This document shows, piece after piece, positions 19,470 to 29,051 of a stretch of 64,000 bases of DNA. The position numbers were made by a program, and so were the translations under genes. Below the pieces are notes generated by a model, which worked only from the letters and a program-made list of their open reading frames with translations, made no database searches and was not told the DNA's origin. The DNA lies in the NCBI GenBank assembly GCA_016223205.1, contig JACRPM010000001.1:61072-125071 (forward strand). Direction: 5' to 3'. Each line of letters begins with the position of its first letter. Position 1 is the stretch's first letter. The DNA comes from Candidatus Saganbacteria bacterium (lineage in GTDB: Bacteria; Margulisbacteria; WOR-1; XYC2-FULL-46-14; WPAF01).

Positions 19470-20784
19470 AATTCTTTGGTTAGCAACTCTTGCTTTAATG
19501 CCTTTCCTGGCGGTTTCACCCTGGCAAGTAATAATTCAGCCGCCTTTCTATTATGGCTTTATATATTATGCTTTGTTGGCTTTATTGGGTCTTCTGATAA
19601 TTATTAAATCAAAATCTCTTTTTAAATGGGATTTCATTAACGGATTGTTGATATTATTCTTACTCATCAATGGCTTTTCTTTAATCTCAAACTGGAATTT
19701 GATCTATCCGCAATCTATTCCCGGTGTGGGAGGGCTCAAATCGCCTCAGGTTTATAATCTGCTGGTTTTGGCTTACCTTTTCTTGAACATATTAACTGTC
19801 TGGATCGCAAGGAAAGTGATAATTTCAACCGATTTGCTTAAAAAGACCGTTAAAATAATAGTTTATTCTTCGTTTGCGGCCGCCATCTGGGGAATAATAA
19901 TGATATTGGGCCACATGACCGGCTGGTTAAAGGAAACTATCCTGCCGGTTAATCTTTTCCCCCGATTGACTGGAACCGCCACCGAACCACAAGTTTTTGG
20001 TAATTTTCTGTTATTAAGTTGGCCGCTTTCTTTGGTCTTATTGATCAAGAGGCCCGGCTGGTTGAATTATCTTATGGCTTTTATATTAAGTTTGGCATTG
20101 GCTATGACATTTTCCATGGGGGCCTGGTTGGGAGCACTGGTAGGAATGGTGTTCCTAGTGGCATTTGGCTTTCAATATCTTTCGGCCAGGTGGGGTTTAA
20201 GCCTGGCCGCAATTCTTATACTGGTCATTGGTTGTCTTATGGTCTTTTCCTGGATCTATCCGCCCTATCTTGCGGGTTTTGACAAGTACCTTTCAAAATT
20301 GAGGGCTTGGAATATCAAGAAAGAAGCCGCGGTCTATCAGGAATCTATAAAGGGAAAGGACGCCGAAGAATATCGCGGGGAGATCGTGGAACGTTTTGAT
20401 GATAAACTGCAAAGGGTCTGGATGGGGCAGGCGGCAATTAATATGTTCAGAGCGAATCCGGTTTTGGGGGTGGGGCCGGGAAACTACGGCTTCTTATACA
20501 ATGAATATAAACCATCCGGAACACCTCAGAAACCTTATCAGGAGAAGACCCATAATGCTTATCTAGAGATTCTGGCGGAAACCGGGATATTGGGCATGGC
20601 TGCCTTCTTGGCAATAATGCTATTTATATTGATAAGATCCTGGCCGCGGACGATGCTGGGGTTAGGCATCTACGCTTCGGTATTAGCCCTGCTGGTACAC
20701 GGCCTAAGCTTTGGTATCCTGGCCCACAATTATACCTGGCTGGCATTAGGATTGCTGTGGTTCCAAAAGGATTTCAATGCTTAA
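19450..20784 (+). CDS. O-antigen ligase/polymerase (Wzy_C-type) membrane protein
   Basis: Multiple TM helices, RLTGTATEP, GVGPGNY and HNAYLEILAETGILG; start moved to ATG 19450 (SD GAGG). Confidence 0.8.
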   Translation: MSSNLIEILWLATLALMPFLAVSPWQVIIQPPFYYGFIYYALLALLGLLIIIKSKSLFKWDFINGLLILFLLINGFSLISNWNLIYPQSIPGVGGLKSPQVYNLLVLAYLFLNILTVWIARKVIISTDLLKKTVKIIVYSSFAAAIWGIIMILGHMTGWLKETILPVNLFPRLTGTATEPQVFGNFLLLSWPLSLVLLIKRPGWLNYLMAFILSLALAMTFSMGAWLGALVGMVFLVAFGFQYLSARWGLSLAAILILVIGCLMVFSWIYPPYLAGFDKYLSKLRAWNIKKEAAVYQESIKGKDAEEYRGEIVERFDDKLQRVWMGQAAINMFRANPVLGVGPGNYGFLYNEYKPSGTPQKPYQEKTHNAYLEILAETGILGMAAFLAIMLFILIRSWPRTMLGLGIYASVLALLVHGLSFGILAHNYTWLALGLLWFQKDFNA

Positions 20785-22033
20785 GATAATCACGGACCAG
20801 ATCATCATTATTTTATCTTTTGTTTTGGCTTTTGGATTGAGGATAGCGATGGGCCATTTCCCCAACGAATCCCCCTTGACGTTTATAGCGGGCTATCTCG
20901 TAATGCTTTTGGTCCTGTGCGTTTTTTATCTCTTCCTTTTCTGGATAATGGGATATTACGAAAGAAAGGCAAAGAGGGCCGTGCTGGAGGAGATCCTGGG
21001 GGTAGGGGCGGTGATCACCCTGGGGGCGGTGGTGTTATTGACCGCCATGTATCTCCGGAAAGACCTCTGGGTATCCCGGGGGATAATATTCGGATTCTGG
21101 GTCTTTGCCACCCTGGGGGTAAGCGGTCTTCATATACTATTGAACAAAAAGTCGCGCGGCGGGATGGCTGCCAACCAGTCGGTGATCCTTGACCGGGAAG
21201 TCCCCTTAAAGAACCGGGACCTTAAACTGGGAATAATCATCGTCAATAAGGATAATTTGGGAGAGCTGAAGGAGCTGCTCAATTCCCTGAAAAAAGCGGA
21301 GATCAAATGCACCTCCCAGATAGTGGTGATAGATAATGCCTCAACCGATGGGAGCCGGCAATATCTAAACGGTCAAAAAGGCATTAGGCTCATTGCCAAT
21401 GAAGTGAATGTCGGTTATTCCCGGGGAGTGAACCAGGGACTGGCTGTCCTAAAAGAAGCCGATTATTATCTGGCGCTCAATCCGGATATCATCGTTCCCA
21501 AAGGGGCGATAGAATCCGCCCTGAATGGGATGGAAGAGGACCAAAAGATCGGCCTGGCGGGATGCCGGCTGCTCTATCCCGACGGCACACTGCAGTATTC
21601 CGCCCGGACATTCTATTCACTCCGGACCATCCTTTACCGTTTTACCCCCTTACGGGGATTACTGGCGGGCAGTTCCCTGGAAAAAGAGTTCTTAATGATG
21701 GATTGGGACCATAAGACCAGCCGGGAGGTGGATTGGGTGTTGGGTGGATGCCTGCTGGCCAGGAGGGAAGCGGTCGAGAGGGTGGGGACGATGGATGAAA
21801 GGTTCTTTATGTATTTTGACGATGTGGATTGGTGCTACCGCATGTGGGATAAAGGCCTGACAGTGCGCTTTTTGGCCGACGCGACCATGATCCATCGGCA
21901 TCGGCGTAAAAGCGCCAATGCCCCCTTTAGCCGGGAAACCCGTGAGCATATAATGAGCTTGCTTTACTATTTATGGAAATATAGATTCCGGCTGATGCCC
22001 CAGAATTCACCCTCCCGGCATGAAGCCGGCTGA
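20777..22033 (+). CDS. GT2 glycosyltransferase with N-terminal 4-TM domain
   Basis: IDNASTDGS, NVGYSRGVN, LNPD, DWVLGGC and MYFDDVDWC; N-terminal ~125 aa hydrophobic. Confidence 0.85.
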   Translation: MLKIITDQIIIILSFVLAFGLRIAMGHFPNESPLTFIAGYLVMLLVLCVFYLFLFWIMGYYERKAKRAVLEEILGVGAVITLGAVVLLTAMYLRKDLWVSRGIIFGFWVFATLGVSGLHILLNKKSRGGMAANQSVILDREVPLKNRDLKLGIIIVNKDNLGELKELLNSLKKAEIKCTSQIVVIDNASTDGSRQYLNGQKGIRLIANEVNVGYSRGVNQGLAVLKEADYYLALNPDIIVPKGAIESALNGMEEDQKIGLAGCRLLYPDGTLQYSARTFYSLRTILYRFTPLRGLLAGSSLEKEFLMMDWDHKTSREVDWVLGGCLLARREAVERVGTMDERFFMYFDDVDWCYRMWDKGLTVRFLADATMIHRHRRKSANAPFSRETREHIMSLLYYLWKYRFRLMPQNSPSRHEAG

Positions 22034-22050
22034 CACCTTTTGACACCTTT
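22031..22050 (+). repeat. Tandem 10-bp direct repeat TGACACCTTT x2 (candidate operator)
   Basis: Exact duplication 10 nt upstream of the -35 box, in phase with TGACA at 22061. Confidence 0.75.
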
Positions 22051-22059
22051 AAATACCGC

Positions 22060-22088
22060 TTGACAATATATGGTATAGCCCCTATAAT
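22060..22088 (+). promoter_or_regulatory. Consensus sigma70 promoter TTGACA-N17-TATAAT
   Basis: TTGACA 22060-22065 and TATAAT 22083-22088; ATG at 22097. Confidence 0.88.
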
Positions 22089-22096
22089 TGTCCCAT

Positions 22097-22348
22097 ATGA
22101 ATCTTGAAGTCCGCGAACACGAGATTTACACCGCCCAGGAAACCCTCTCCCTTCTTAAGATCTCCAAGTCCACTTTCCTGCGCCTGATCAAAAAGGGCGT
22201 GCTTTCCGCGTACAAAGTAGGGGGCCAATACCGCATTTTGGGCAGAGAAATATTGGCCCTTTTTAATCCCAAGGTCCAGGCCGGAGCGATCAAAGCCTTT
22301 CAGAAAGTCAGGAATGGTGTAAAGAAAAAATTGGAGATGGTCGAATAA
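22097..22348 (+). CDS. HTH_17 (Xis/BldC/MerR-like) DNA-binding protein
   Basis: IYTAQETLSLLKISKSTFLRLIKKGVLSAYKVGGQYRI. Confidence 0.85.
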   Translation: MNLEVREHEIYTAQETLSLLKISKSTFLRLIKKGVLSAYKVGGQYRILGREILALFNPKVQAGAIKAFQKVRNGVKKKLEMVE

Positions 22349-22359
22349 AGGAGGAGAAT

Positions 22360-23118
22360 ATGTTTAGGAAAATGGCTTTAATTTTATTGTTAGTCATGCT
22401 GGCGAATGCAGGATTGACGGCTGCGACTTTTGCACAGGAAGGAGGGGGCCCGGTCGGTAATAACATTGATTATTTTGTAGGGGACACCATTGTAGAAAAA
22501 GATTATATATTAGGCCCGGGAGATCAATTAGAGGCAAATTTAATAATCGGGGACAATGCATTGGCCATTGAAAATAAATTGACGGTTGGTCCGGACGGGA
22601 AAATATTTTTTCCCAAGGTTGGGGAAATAAATGTTGTTGGATTGACGATTCCCCAAGCCAAAAAAATAATTGACAAGAAAATTAAAAGTATATATTCCGA
22701 AAAATATACTTTCTCCCTCCTGCTGCGCCAGCCCAGGCGGGTGCAGATTTATTTAACCGGCTCGGAAGATAAGCCGCTTTATTTGGGGGAAAAGAAATTT
22801 GTTTCCGTGTATGGAGAAGTTCCCCGGGGCGGCCGATTCGAATATCTTCCCGGCAAGCGGTTCACTGATTATATAAGCTATGCAGGGGGGCCTTCTCCTC
22901 GCGCCAATTTATCGATGGCTACCATTACCCGCCAAAATCAAAAATATTACATTAACGGTTCCGATGTGATATTTAACGGCAATACCTCAAAGGATATGGT
23001 GATCGAACCGGGGGATGTGATCAATATCCCGGCCCAATTTATTTACTTTACCGACCTGGGAAGCTTTTCCACAACGGTGTTCACCATCCTGGCGCTTTAC
23101 AACACTTTTATTAAGTAA
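22360..23118 (+). CDS. Polysaccharide export protein (Poly_export + SLBB, Wza-like)
   Basis: Signal peptide, DYILGPGDQL, VGPDGKIFFPKVGEINVVGLT, VYGEVPRGG and IEPGDVINIP. Confidence 0.82.
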   Translation: MFRKMALILLLVMLANAGLTAATFAQEGGGPVGNNIDYFVGDTIVEKDYILGPGDQLEANLIIGDNALAIENKLTVGPDGKIFFPKVGEINVVGLTIPQAKKIIDKKIKSIYSEKYTFSLLLRQPRRVQIYLTGSEDKPLYLGEKKFVSVYGEVPRGGRFEYLPGKRFTDYISYAGGPSPRANLSMATITRQNQKYYINGSDVIFNGNTSKDMVIEPGDVINIPAQFIYFTDLGSFSTTVFTILALYNTFIK

Positions 23119-23129
23119 GGAGGTAAAAA

Positions 23130-24014
23130 ATGGAAGACGAAATCGATATCAGTAAATATCTTAAGATTTTAGCGCCCCGGCGGTATTTGATCTTAGTTAT
23201 TGTCGTGATTTCATCATTAATAATAGGAGCGCCGAACTTATCAAAAAAAAATTCATATGCAGCCAAGGCCGCATTGTTATTAAAGAGTAATACTGCATCA
23301 CTGGGCTCACAAAATGCCTTAACTGCGCTTTTGAATGTCAATATTTTACCGGCGCAGGGAGGAACTTTTCCCGTATTGATCAAAAGCCGCGCGGTGGCAG
23401 AGGGTGTTCTGGATGATGCTAATCTGGCAAAAAGGATCAAGGACTGGGATTCTCCCAGAGTCAGAAAGCAGGATCTAATATCTCAAGTCCAGACCATGGC
23501 AAAGTTTTCGGATAGCATGGGGCTGTTTGAAATTAAAGTGGTTACCGATGATCCAATCCTTTCCGCGGCTATCGCCAACGCCTACGCCCGGGCCGGCGCG
23601 GAATACTGGAAAAGGATGAATTACACCGAAGCTCGGAAAAAGCGGGAATATATCGAAAACCAATTGCCCCGGGTGGAATGGGACCTAAAGAGGGCGGAGG
23701 AGGCCTTGAAAAAGTTTTCTCTGATTGCCCCCGCCCTGACGGATTTACAGGGAATTGAATTCGGGCGATTGAAGAGGGAATATGAGATACAGAATTCCGC
23801 TTATACCATGCTGCGGGGAGAATATGAAACAGCGAAATTGGAGGAGGCTAAGGAAGTTGAGCCGTTCTCCATGATCGACCCCGCGGAACCATCTTCCGAC
23901 CCAATAAAACCAAAGGTGCTCTTGAATTTTGTGTTTGGCGCAATATTAGGGCTTTTTGCCGGAGCTTTAGTGTCTTTTGGTCTTGAATATTGGGAAAATA
24001 GTGGCAAGAGATGA
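23130..24014 (+). CDS. Chain-length determinant (Wzz/GumC-like polysaccharide copolymerase)
   Basis: EDEIDISKYLKIL, two terminal TM helices, coiled-coil centre and IDPAEP..PIKPK. Confidence 0.85.
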   Translation: MEDEIDISKYLKILAPRRYLILVIVVISSLIIGAPNLSKKNSYAAKAALLLKSNTASLGSQNALTALLNVNILPAQGGTFPVLIKSRAVAEGVLDDANLAKRIKDWDSPRVRKQDLISQVQTMAKFSDSMGLFEIKVVTDDPILSAAIANAYARAGAEYWKRMNYTEARKKREYIENQLPRVEWDLKRAEEALKKFSLIAPALTDLQGIEFGRLKREYEIQNSAYTMLRGEYETAKLEEAKEVEPFSMIDPAEPSSDPIKPKVLLNFVFGAILGLFAGALVSFGLEYWENSGKR

Positions 24015-24118
24015 AACAAAACGCAACCGACATTCTGGGTTTTAATTCAGATGGATGAACCATCCCTTTTTAGAAGAGACATGTTTAAATTATTACCCTT
24101 AAAAAAAGGGAACATGAT

Positions 24119-24409
24119 ATGAATATATCATCTGTCATGGAAATATATCATTCAAAGAGCATAGTTAGCGATAAATGGCTTGAGATCGCAAAACATATGA
24201 TCAATGCGCGATCTCCGCATGAGACCATAACTATCCTAAAAATTTCTGATTCCACGTTTCGCCGGCTTATTCGCAATGGGGTTCTCCGCGCCGCCAAGAT
24301 CGGCGGCCAATACCGTATCCTCGGTCGTCATATCCTGAAATTACTTAGACCAACCTTGCCCGGAAAAGTAAATAAAGCCTATAAAAAAGACGTTCGTGAA
24401 CTGGGATAG
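24119..24409 (+). CDS. HTH_17 DNA-binding protein, paralog of 22097..22348
   Basis: ETITILKISDSTFRRLIRNGVLRAAKIGGQYRILGR. Confidence 0.8.
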   Translation: MNISSVMEIYHSKSIVSDKWLEIAKHMINARSPHETITILKISDSTFRRLIRNGVLRAAKIGGQYRILGRHILKLLRPTLPGKVNKAYKKDVRELG

Positions 24410-24417
24410 GAGGGACA

Positions 24418-25401
24418 ATGAAAAAACATCTATTTAATAATAAATCTATTTTGATCACGGGTGGGACAGGTTCCTTCGGCAAGGCATTTTGCCGTATAGT
24501 ACTGGATGAATACCAGCCTGAGAGACTGATAGTTTTCAGCCGGGATGAGCTGAAACAGTACGAAATGAGCCAGCAGTATGCCGATCACGCCGATAGGATA
24601 CGTTATTTTATCGGCGATGTTCGCGATAAGGACCGCTTGATGCGCGCTTTTGACGGAGTTGATTATGTCGTCCACGCTGCCGCCCTCAAGCAGGTCCCGG
24701 CGATGGAATATAACCCTTCGGAAGCGATTAAGACCAACATTTATAGCGCGATGAATATCATTGACGCGGCGATCGATAAAGGGGTCAAACGGATCGTTGC
24801 CTTAAGCACCGATAAAGCCTGCAATCCGATCAATCTCTACGGCGCCACCAAGCTTTGTTCCGACAAGCTTTTCATTTCAGGCAATTCCTACGCCGGATTG
24901 CATGATACCCGCTTTGCCGTAGTCAGATATGGCAATGTCGTCGGCAGCCGAGGGAGCGTTGTCCCTTTCTTCAAATCTAAGTCCAAAGAAGGCGTCCTGC
25001 CGATAACGGATGAACGGATGACCCGTTTTTGGATTACCCTGCAGTTAGGAGTGCGTTTCGTCATCAAAAGCTTTGAGCGGATGCATGGCGGTGAACTCTT
25101 TGTTCCCAAAATACCGAGCATGAATATCATGGACCTGGCGAAGGCGATCGCTCCGAACTGCCGGACCGAGATTGTCGGTATACGTCCAGGTGAAAAGCTG
25201 CACGAAGTGATGATCTCCGAAGACGACGCCCGCCAGACCCTTGAGTTGGACGATTGTTACGTCATTAAGCCGGCTTTTAACTGGTGGGGGAAAGAGAATC
25301 ACGCAAGCGGAAAGCGCGTTGCGGACGGATTTTCCTACAGCAGCGATAATAATCCACATTGGTTGTCCATTCCGGAGCTGCAGCGGATGATCGAGGAGTA
25401 A
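24418..25401 (+). CDS. pseB: UDP-N-acetylglucosamine 4,6-dehydratase (inverting)
   Basis: ITGGTGSFG, SRDELKQ, HAAALKQVP, LSTDKA, YGATKLCSDK, RYGNVVGSRGSV and GIRPGEKLHE. Confidence 0.9.
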   Translation: MKKHLFNNKSILITGGTGSFGKAFCRIVLDEYQPERLIVFSRDELKQYEMSQQYADHADRIRYFIGDVRDKDRLMRAFDGVDYVVHAAALKQVPAMEYNPSEAIKTNIYSAMNIIDAAIDKGVKRIVALSTDKACNPINLYGATKLCSDKLFISGNSYAGLHDTRFAVVRYGNVVGSRGSVVPFFKSKSKEGVLPITDERMTRFWITLQLGVRFVIKSFERMHGGELFVPKIPSMNIMDLAKAIAPNCRTEIVGIRPGEKLHEVMISEDDARQTLELDDCYVIKPAFNWWGKENHASGKRVADGFSYSSDNNPHWLSIPELQRMIEE

Positions 25402-25407
25402 TAACTT

Positions 25408-27309
25408 TTGCCGACCATCAAGATAGATAAAAAAGAGCTGGCGCTGTTTTCCCTGGTGCTGGCGATCGTTTTATTTCTGCTCTTGTTCAGGGATGCCCTG
25501 ATCCTGTTCTGCGGCAAGTGGCCCCATTTATACGCCGTGATCAATACCACGACGCTTTCCTGGGAGGAGATATACTGCTATGCCCCGTTCGCCAATCGCG
25601 TTTCGCTGACGAACCTTTTTCCCGCGCTGCCCAATGCTGACCCGTTGTTCGCGTTCTTCACCAATTTTCCCTTTCTGGCCATCTGGGTACAGGGCTTTAT
25701 CCTGAAAATAATATCGGGCGGGAACCTGGACGTTTATTTGCTGATAATGCATGTCCTGTTCCCGGCCCTTAGCTTTACACTGCTTTATCTGGTCTATCGG
25801 CGGTTCATTTCTCAAAGTTGGGCGTTGTTGTTCTCCTTCCTGGGGGTAATTACCTACGGCAACTTCTCGTATTTCGCCTACCTGCGCGATCTTGTAGCGG
25901 CGGGGATCAATTGGGGGCACGTTTTAGCTCTGTCGAGTTTAAGCCCCCTGGAACTAAGCCGCGCGCCTTCTCCCAGTTTCACCTTCTTTTACTTTGTTCT
26001 CTGTTTCTATTTGACCATCGGGAACATCAAACCGTCGCTCCAGCGGATCGTTGGTTTGAGCCTGCTCTGGGGCTTGAATTTATATGTCTATGTTTTCAAC
26101 TTTATTGTCGGAGCGCTGTTCTGGATCGCGTTCATATTCTACTCTTCCATCCTGGTAAATAAAAAGATCGACCGGCGGGATATCGCGGTTAAGGTGGCTA
26201 TTGCCGGCGCGCTCTTGGCGCTGATCTGCCTGCCGCTGGTCTGCAAGACCTTGTTCTTTGCTACCCCCATTGACGCTCAAATCCTTGATAAGATGGGGAT
26301 GGTCACCAGATACCAGGGCCTGATCTATAGCCTGCAATATTTTGTCAGCTATTTTGCGATCCCGGTCCTGGTCGTTTTGGCAGTGATCCGGATCTTTTCT
26401 TTCGATTATTATGAGCTCTTTTACAAATTCAGCCCCATCCTTATTCTGTTGTTCATAGAATTCCTGATCCTGAACCTGCATATTGTTTTTGGCCGTTTTA
26501 TGCAGCCGCATCTCTTCTCGACCCGCTTGGCGAATTATTTTTTCCATTATTTCTATTTTGTGCCGATCATCTATTATTTGTCCAATCCGCCAAAAACGCT
26601 TTTTCATAATCAATTCTTCAATTCGAAAGTAGCGCAGTGTTCCGCTTTTATCCGCGAATATTTCATTGAAAAGAGAGCTTATTATATCTCGGCCATTATT
26701 GTGTTTGTGGCGCTGGTCTCGCTGGTCTCGAGCTGGCGGAACTTTGACGATTATCGGCAAAAGATCGAACCGCGGATGCCGGTTATCTCGGAACGACTGG
26801 CGATCTTGACCGTGAAAGCCGAGGCCGGAGAGGTCGTTGTCGCGTCCGATCCGGCGGTCAATATCCTGGTTCCGGCAATGACCAAGCAGGGGTCGCTGTG
26901 GGTGAACGCCTTTAATAATTATGAGCCGACCGATCGGATCATTGAGCGCCTGGCCTTGTTCGCGCGGATCTATGATTGGGACGAAGCCCGCTATCTTCAA
27001 TTCATGTTGCCGAGCCAGATCATGAAGAACATATATACGGACCGCGATTTTATCTTCACCGACCAGGTCTATCGGCAGGGGTTCGGCTTTTGGCTGGTCA
27101 ATCATAACAAGACGATGAACGACTCCGAATTGAGAGCGTATAAAAATATAATAATCAGGGAGTATAACCGCGTCAATCTTAAAAGAGGTTTGGCGAAATA
27201 TCGCGTCAGATTTATCGGGACCGATGTCCCGTTGCGTTTGCCGGCCAACAATCGAGTAATTGCGGTCAAGGACAAATATAAGGTTTACGAGGTCATCAGC
27301 GCACAATGA
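25408..27309 (+). CDS. Polytopic membrane protein, putative GT-C glycosyltransferase (paralog A)
   Basis: Many TM segments plus a soluble C-terminal domain; acidic WEEIY in the first loop; homologous to 32852..34756. Confidence 0.6.
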   Translation: MPTIKIDKKELALFSLVLAIVLFLLLFRDALILFCGKWPHLYAVINTTTLSWEEIYCYAPFANRVSLTNLFPALPNADPLFAFFTNFPFLAIWVQGFILKIISGGNLDVYLLIMHVLFPALSFTLLYLVYRRFISQSWALLFSFLGVITYGNFSYFAYLRDLVAAGINWGHVLALSSLSPLELSRAPSPSFTFFYFVLCFYLTIGNIKPSLQRIVGLSLLWGLNLYVYVFNFIVGALFWIAFIFYSSILVNKKIDRRDIAVKVAIAGALLALICLPLVCKTLFFATPIDAQILDKMGMVTRYQGLIYSLQYFVSYFAIPVLVVLAVIRIFSFDYYELFYKFSPILILLFIEFLILNLHIVFGRFMQPHLFSTRLANYFFHYFYFVPIIYYLSNPPKTLFHNQFFNSKVAQCSAFIREYFIEKRAYYISAIIVFVALVSLVSSWRNFDDYRQKIEPRMPVISERLAILTVKAEAGEVVVASDPAVNILVPAMTKQGSLWVNAFNNYEPTDRIIERLALFARIYDWDEARYLQFMLPSQIMKNIYTDRDFIFTDQVYRQGFGFWLVNHNKTMNDSELRAYKNIIIREYNRVNLKRGLAKYRVRFIGTDVPLRLPANNRVIAVKDKYKVYEVISAQ

Positions 27310-28343
27310 AAGCGGCAATTATCAAAGGGCTAGGGGAGATGTCGGTCGAGACGATTGAGACCCCGCACATAAAGGACGGCACGGTCCTGATCAGAGTCAA
27401 GACCTGCGCCGTTTGCGGCTCGGACATCAGGATATTTGAGAGCGGCAATGATCGGGTCAAATATCCGGCGGTGATCGGCCATGAAATCGCGGGTGAGGTC
27501 GTTGAGGTCGGTGCCGGCGTTTCACGATTTAAAAAGGGGGATCGGGTCGCCGTGGGCGCCGATGTTCCCTGCGGCGTTTGCGACTGGTGCCGCCATGATA
27601 TGGGTAATTGCTGCGACGAAAATTTTGCCATGGGCTATCAATTCGCCGGCGGGTATGCCGAATACTGCTTGTTAGAGCCACTGGTGGTCAAGCACGGGCC
27701 GGTTGCCAAGATCCCGGAAGGAGTTTCCGACGACGAAGCGGCGCTCGCCGAACCCCTGGCTTGTTGCATCAATGGGCTGGAGCGGGCTCAGATGCAAGCG
27801 GGGAAGTCGGTCTTGATCATCGGCAGCGGACCGATCGGGACGCTGCTTGTCGCTCTGGCGAAAGCTTATGGCGCGGCTTCCGTGGCGATCGCCGAAAGAA
27901 ATCCGCAACGGCTGGAACTGGCGAAGGTTTACCAGCCGGATCAGCTTATCCTTTCTTCCCAAGAGGATCTCCGAGACCGGGTCAATGAGCTGACCGGAGG
28001 CAAGGGTGTGGATATCGTTGTTACTGCTTGCGCCAATACCGAGGCGCAGGAAGAGGCGTTGGGCCTGGTCGCCAAGCGTGGCGTGATCAATTTTTTCGGC
28101 GGACTGCCCAAGGGGTCGTGCAAGATCAGTCTTGATTCCAATCTTATCCATTATCGGGAATGCTCCGTTACCGGATCCCACGGTTCCGTTCCCCGGCAGC
28201 ATAAGCTGGCGCTGGACCTGATCGCCGGCGGGAAGATCGACGTCAGAAAAATAATCAGCCATTCCTTCCCTCTGGAGCGGATTGCCGCAGGATTCAAAAC
28301 GGTGAAAAGTCTGGCGGGGATGAAAGTCGTTATCAAGCCCTAA
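27306..28343 (+). CDS. Zn-dependent alcohol/polyol dehydrogenase (MDR)
   Basis: CGSD, GHEIAG, CGVCDWC..C and IIGSGPIG. Confidence 0.88.
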   Translation: MKAAIIKGLGEMSVETIETPHIKDGTVLIRVKTCAVCGSDIRIFESGNDRVKYPAVIGHEIAGEVVEVGAGVSRFKKGDRVAVGADVPCGVCDWCRHDMGNCCDENFAMGYQFAGGYAEYCLLEPLVVKHGPVAKIPEGVSDDEAALAEPLACCINGLERAQMQAGKSVLIIGSGPIGTLLVALAKAYGAASVAIAERNPQRLELAKVYQPDQLILSSQEDLRDRVNELTGGKGVDIVVTACANTEAQEEALGLVAKRGVINFFGGLPKGSCKISLDSNLIHYRECSVTGSHGSVPRQHKLALDLIAGGKIDVRKIISHSFPLERIAAGFKTVKSLAGMKVVIKP

Positions 28344-28355
28344 AAGGAAGGGAAA

Positions 28356-29051
28356 ATGAATAAAGTGAAAATATCCGCCTCGATCATCTGTGCCGACTGG
28401 CTGAACATGGGCAAGGCGTTGAAAGAACTGGCCGCCGAGGGGATCGATTATCTCCATTATGACATCATGGATGGATTTTTTGCTCCGACTTATACCATCG
28501 GGACCGATATTATCCGGCAGATCAGGGATAATACTTTGATCCCGTCGGATTTTCATCTGATGGTCGAAGAACCGGCCCGAATATTCCAGCGCTTTACGCC
28601 CAGAGCCGGGGATATTTTTTCCATCCATTATGAAGCCTGCCGTAATTTACACCGGGACCTGATGACCATCCGCAGTTTCGGCTGCAAGACGGGGGTCGTG
28701 CTTAACCCGGCGACGAACTTGGAAGCTCTGGATTATATCATTGATGACGTTGACGTTATCACGATCATGACCGTGAACCCAGGCTACACCGGGCAGAAGC
28801 TGGTTCCCCAGACGATCCAAAAGATCAAAAGGCTGAAGGACAAGATCGACGCCTCCGGCTTGAATATCGAACTGGAAGTTGATGGGAATGTGAACGCCGA
28901 GAATATACCCAAAATGGTTGGGGCCGGTGCGGATATCCTGGTCGGCGGCTCGTCCGGATTATTCATCAAGGACCTGTCCCTGTCCGAATCGGTCGTCCGG
29001 ATGAAAAGCGATATTAATGAAGGGCTGAAATTAAGAGGGCAGGATGGCTAG
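28356..29051 (+). CDS. Ribulose-phosphate 3-epimerase family
   Basis: HYDIMDGFFAP, DFHLMV, MTVNPGY and LEVDGNV. Confidence 0.88.
   Translation: MNKVKISASIICADWLNMGKALKELAAEGIDYLHYDIMDGFFAPTYTIGTDIIRQIRDNTLIPSDFHLMVEEPARIFQRFTPRAGDIFSIHYEACRNLHRDLMTIRSFGCKTGVVLNPATNLEALDYIIDDVDVITIMTVNPGYTGQKLVPQTIQKIKRLKDKIDASGLNIELEVDGNVNAENIPKMVGAGADILVGGSSGLFIKDLSLSESVVRMKSDINEGLKLRGQDG

Noticed and set aside
23243-23251. A9 tract in wzz (and T8 at 17448-17455) as phase-variation sites
   Set aside because: A/T runs of this length are expected in AT-rich Lys/Phe codons, and both frames are intact.
13019-24409. Tyrosine recombinase plus Xis-like HTH genes as an integrated phage or ICE
   Set aside because: The recombinase has XerD features and the usual nudF neighbour; there are no att repeats, phage or conjugation genes; the HTHs sit inside a glycan operon.
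26080-27318. 412-aa minus-strand ORF
   Set aside because: It is an antisense shadow of the membrane protein gene, with no recognisable motifs.
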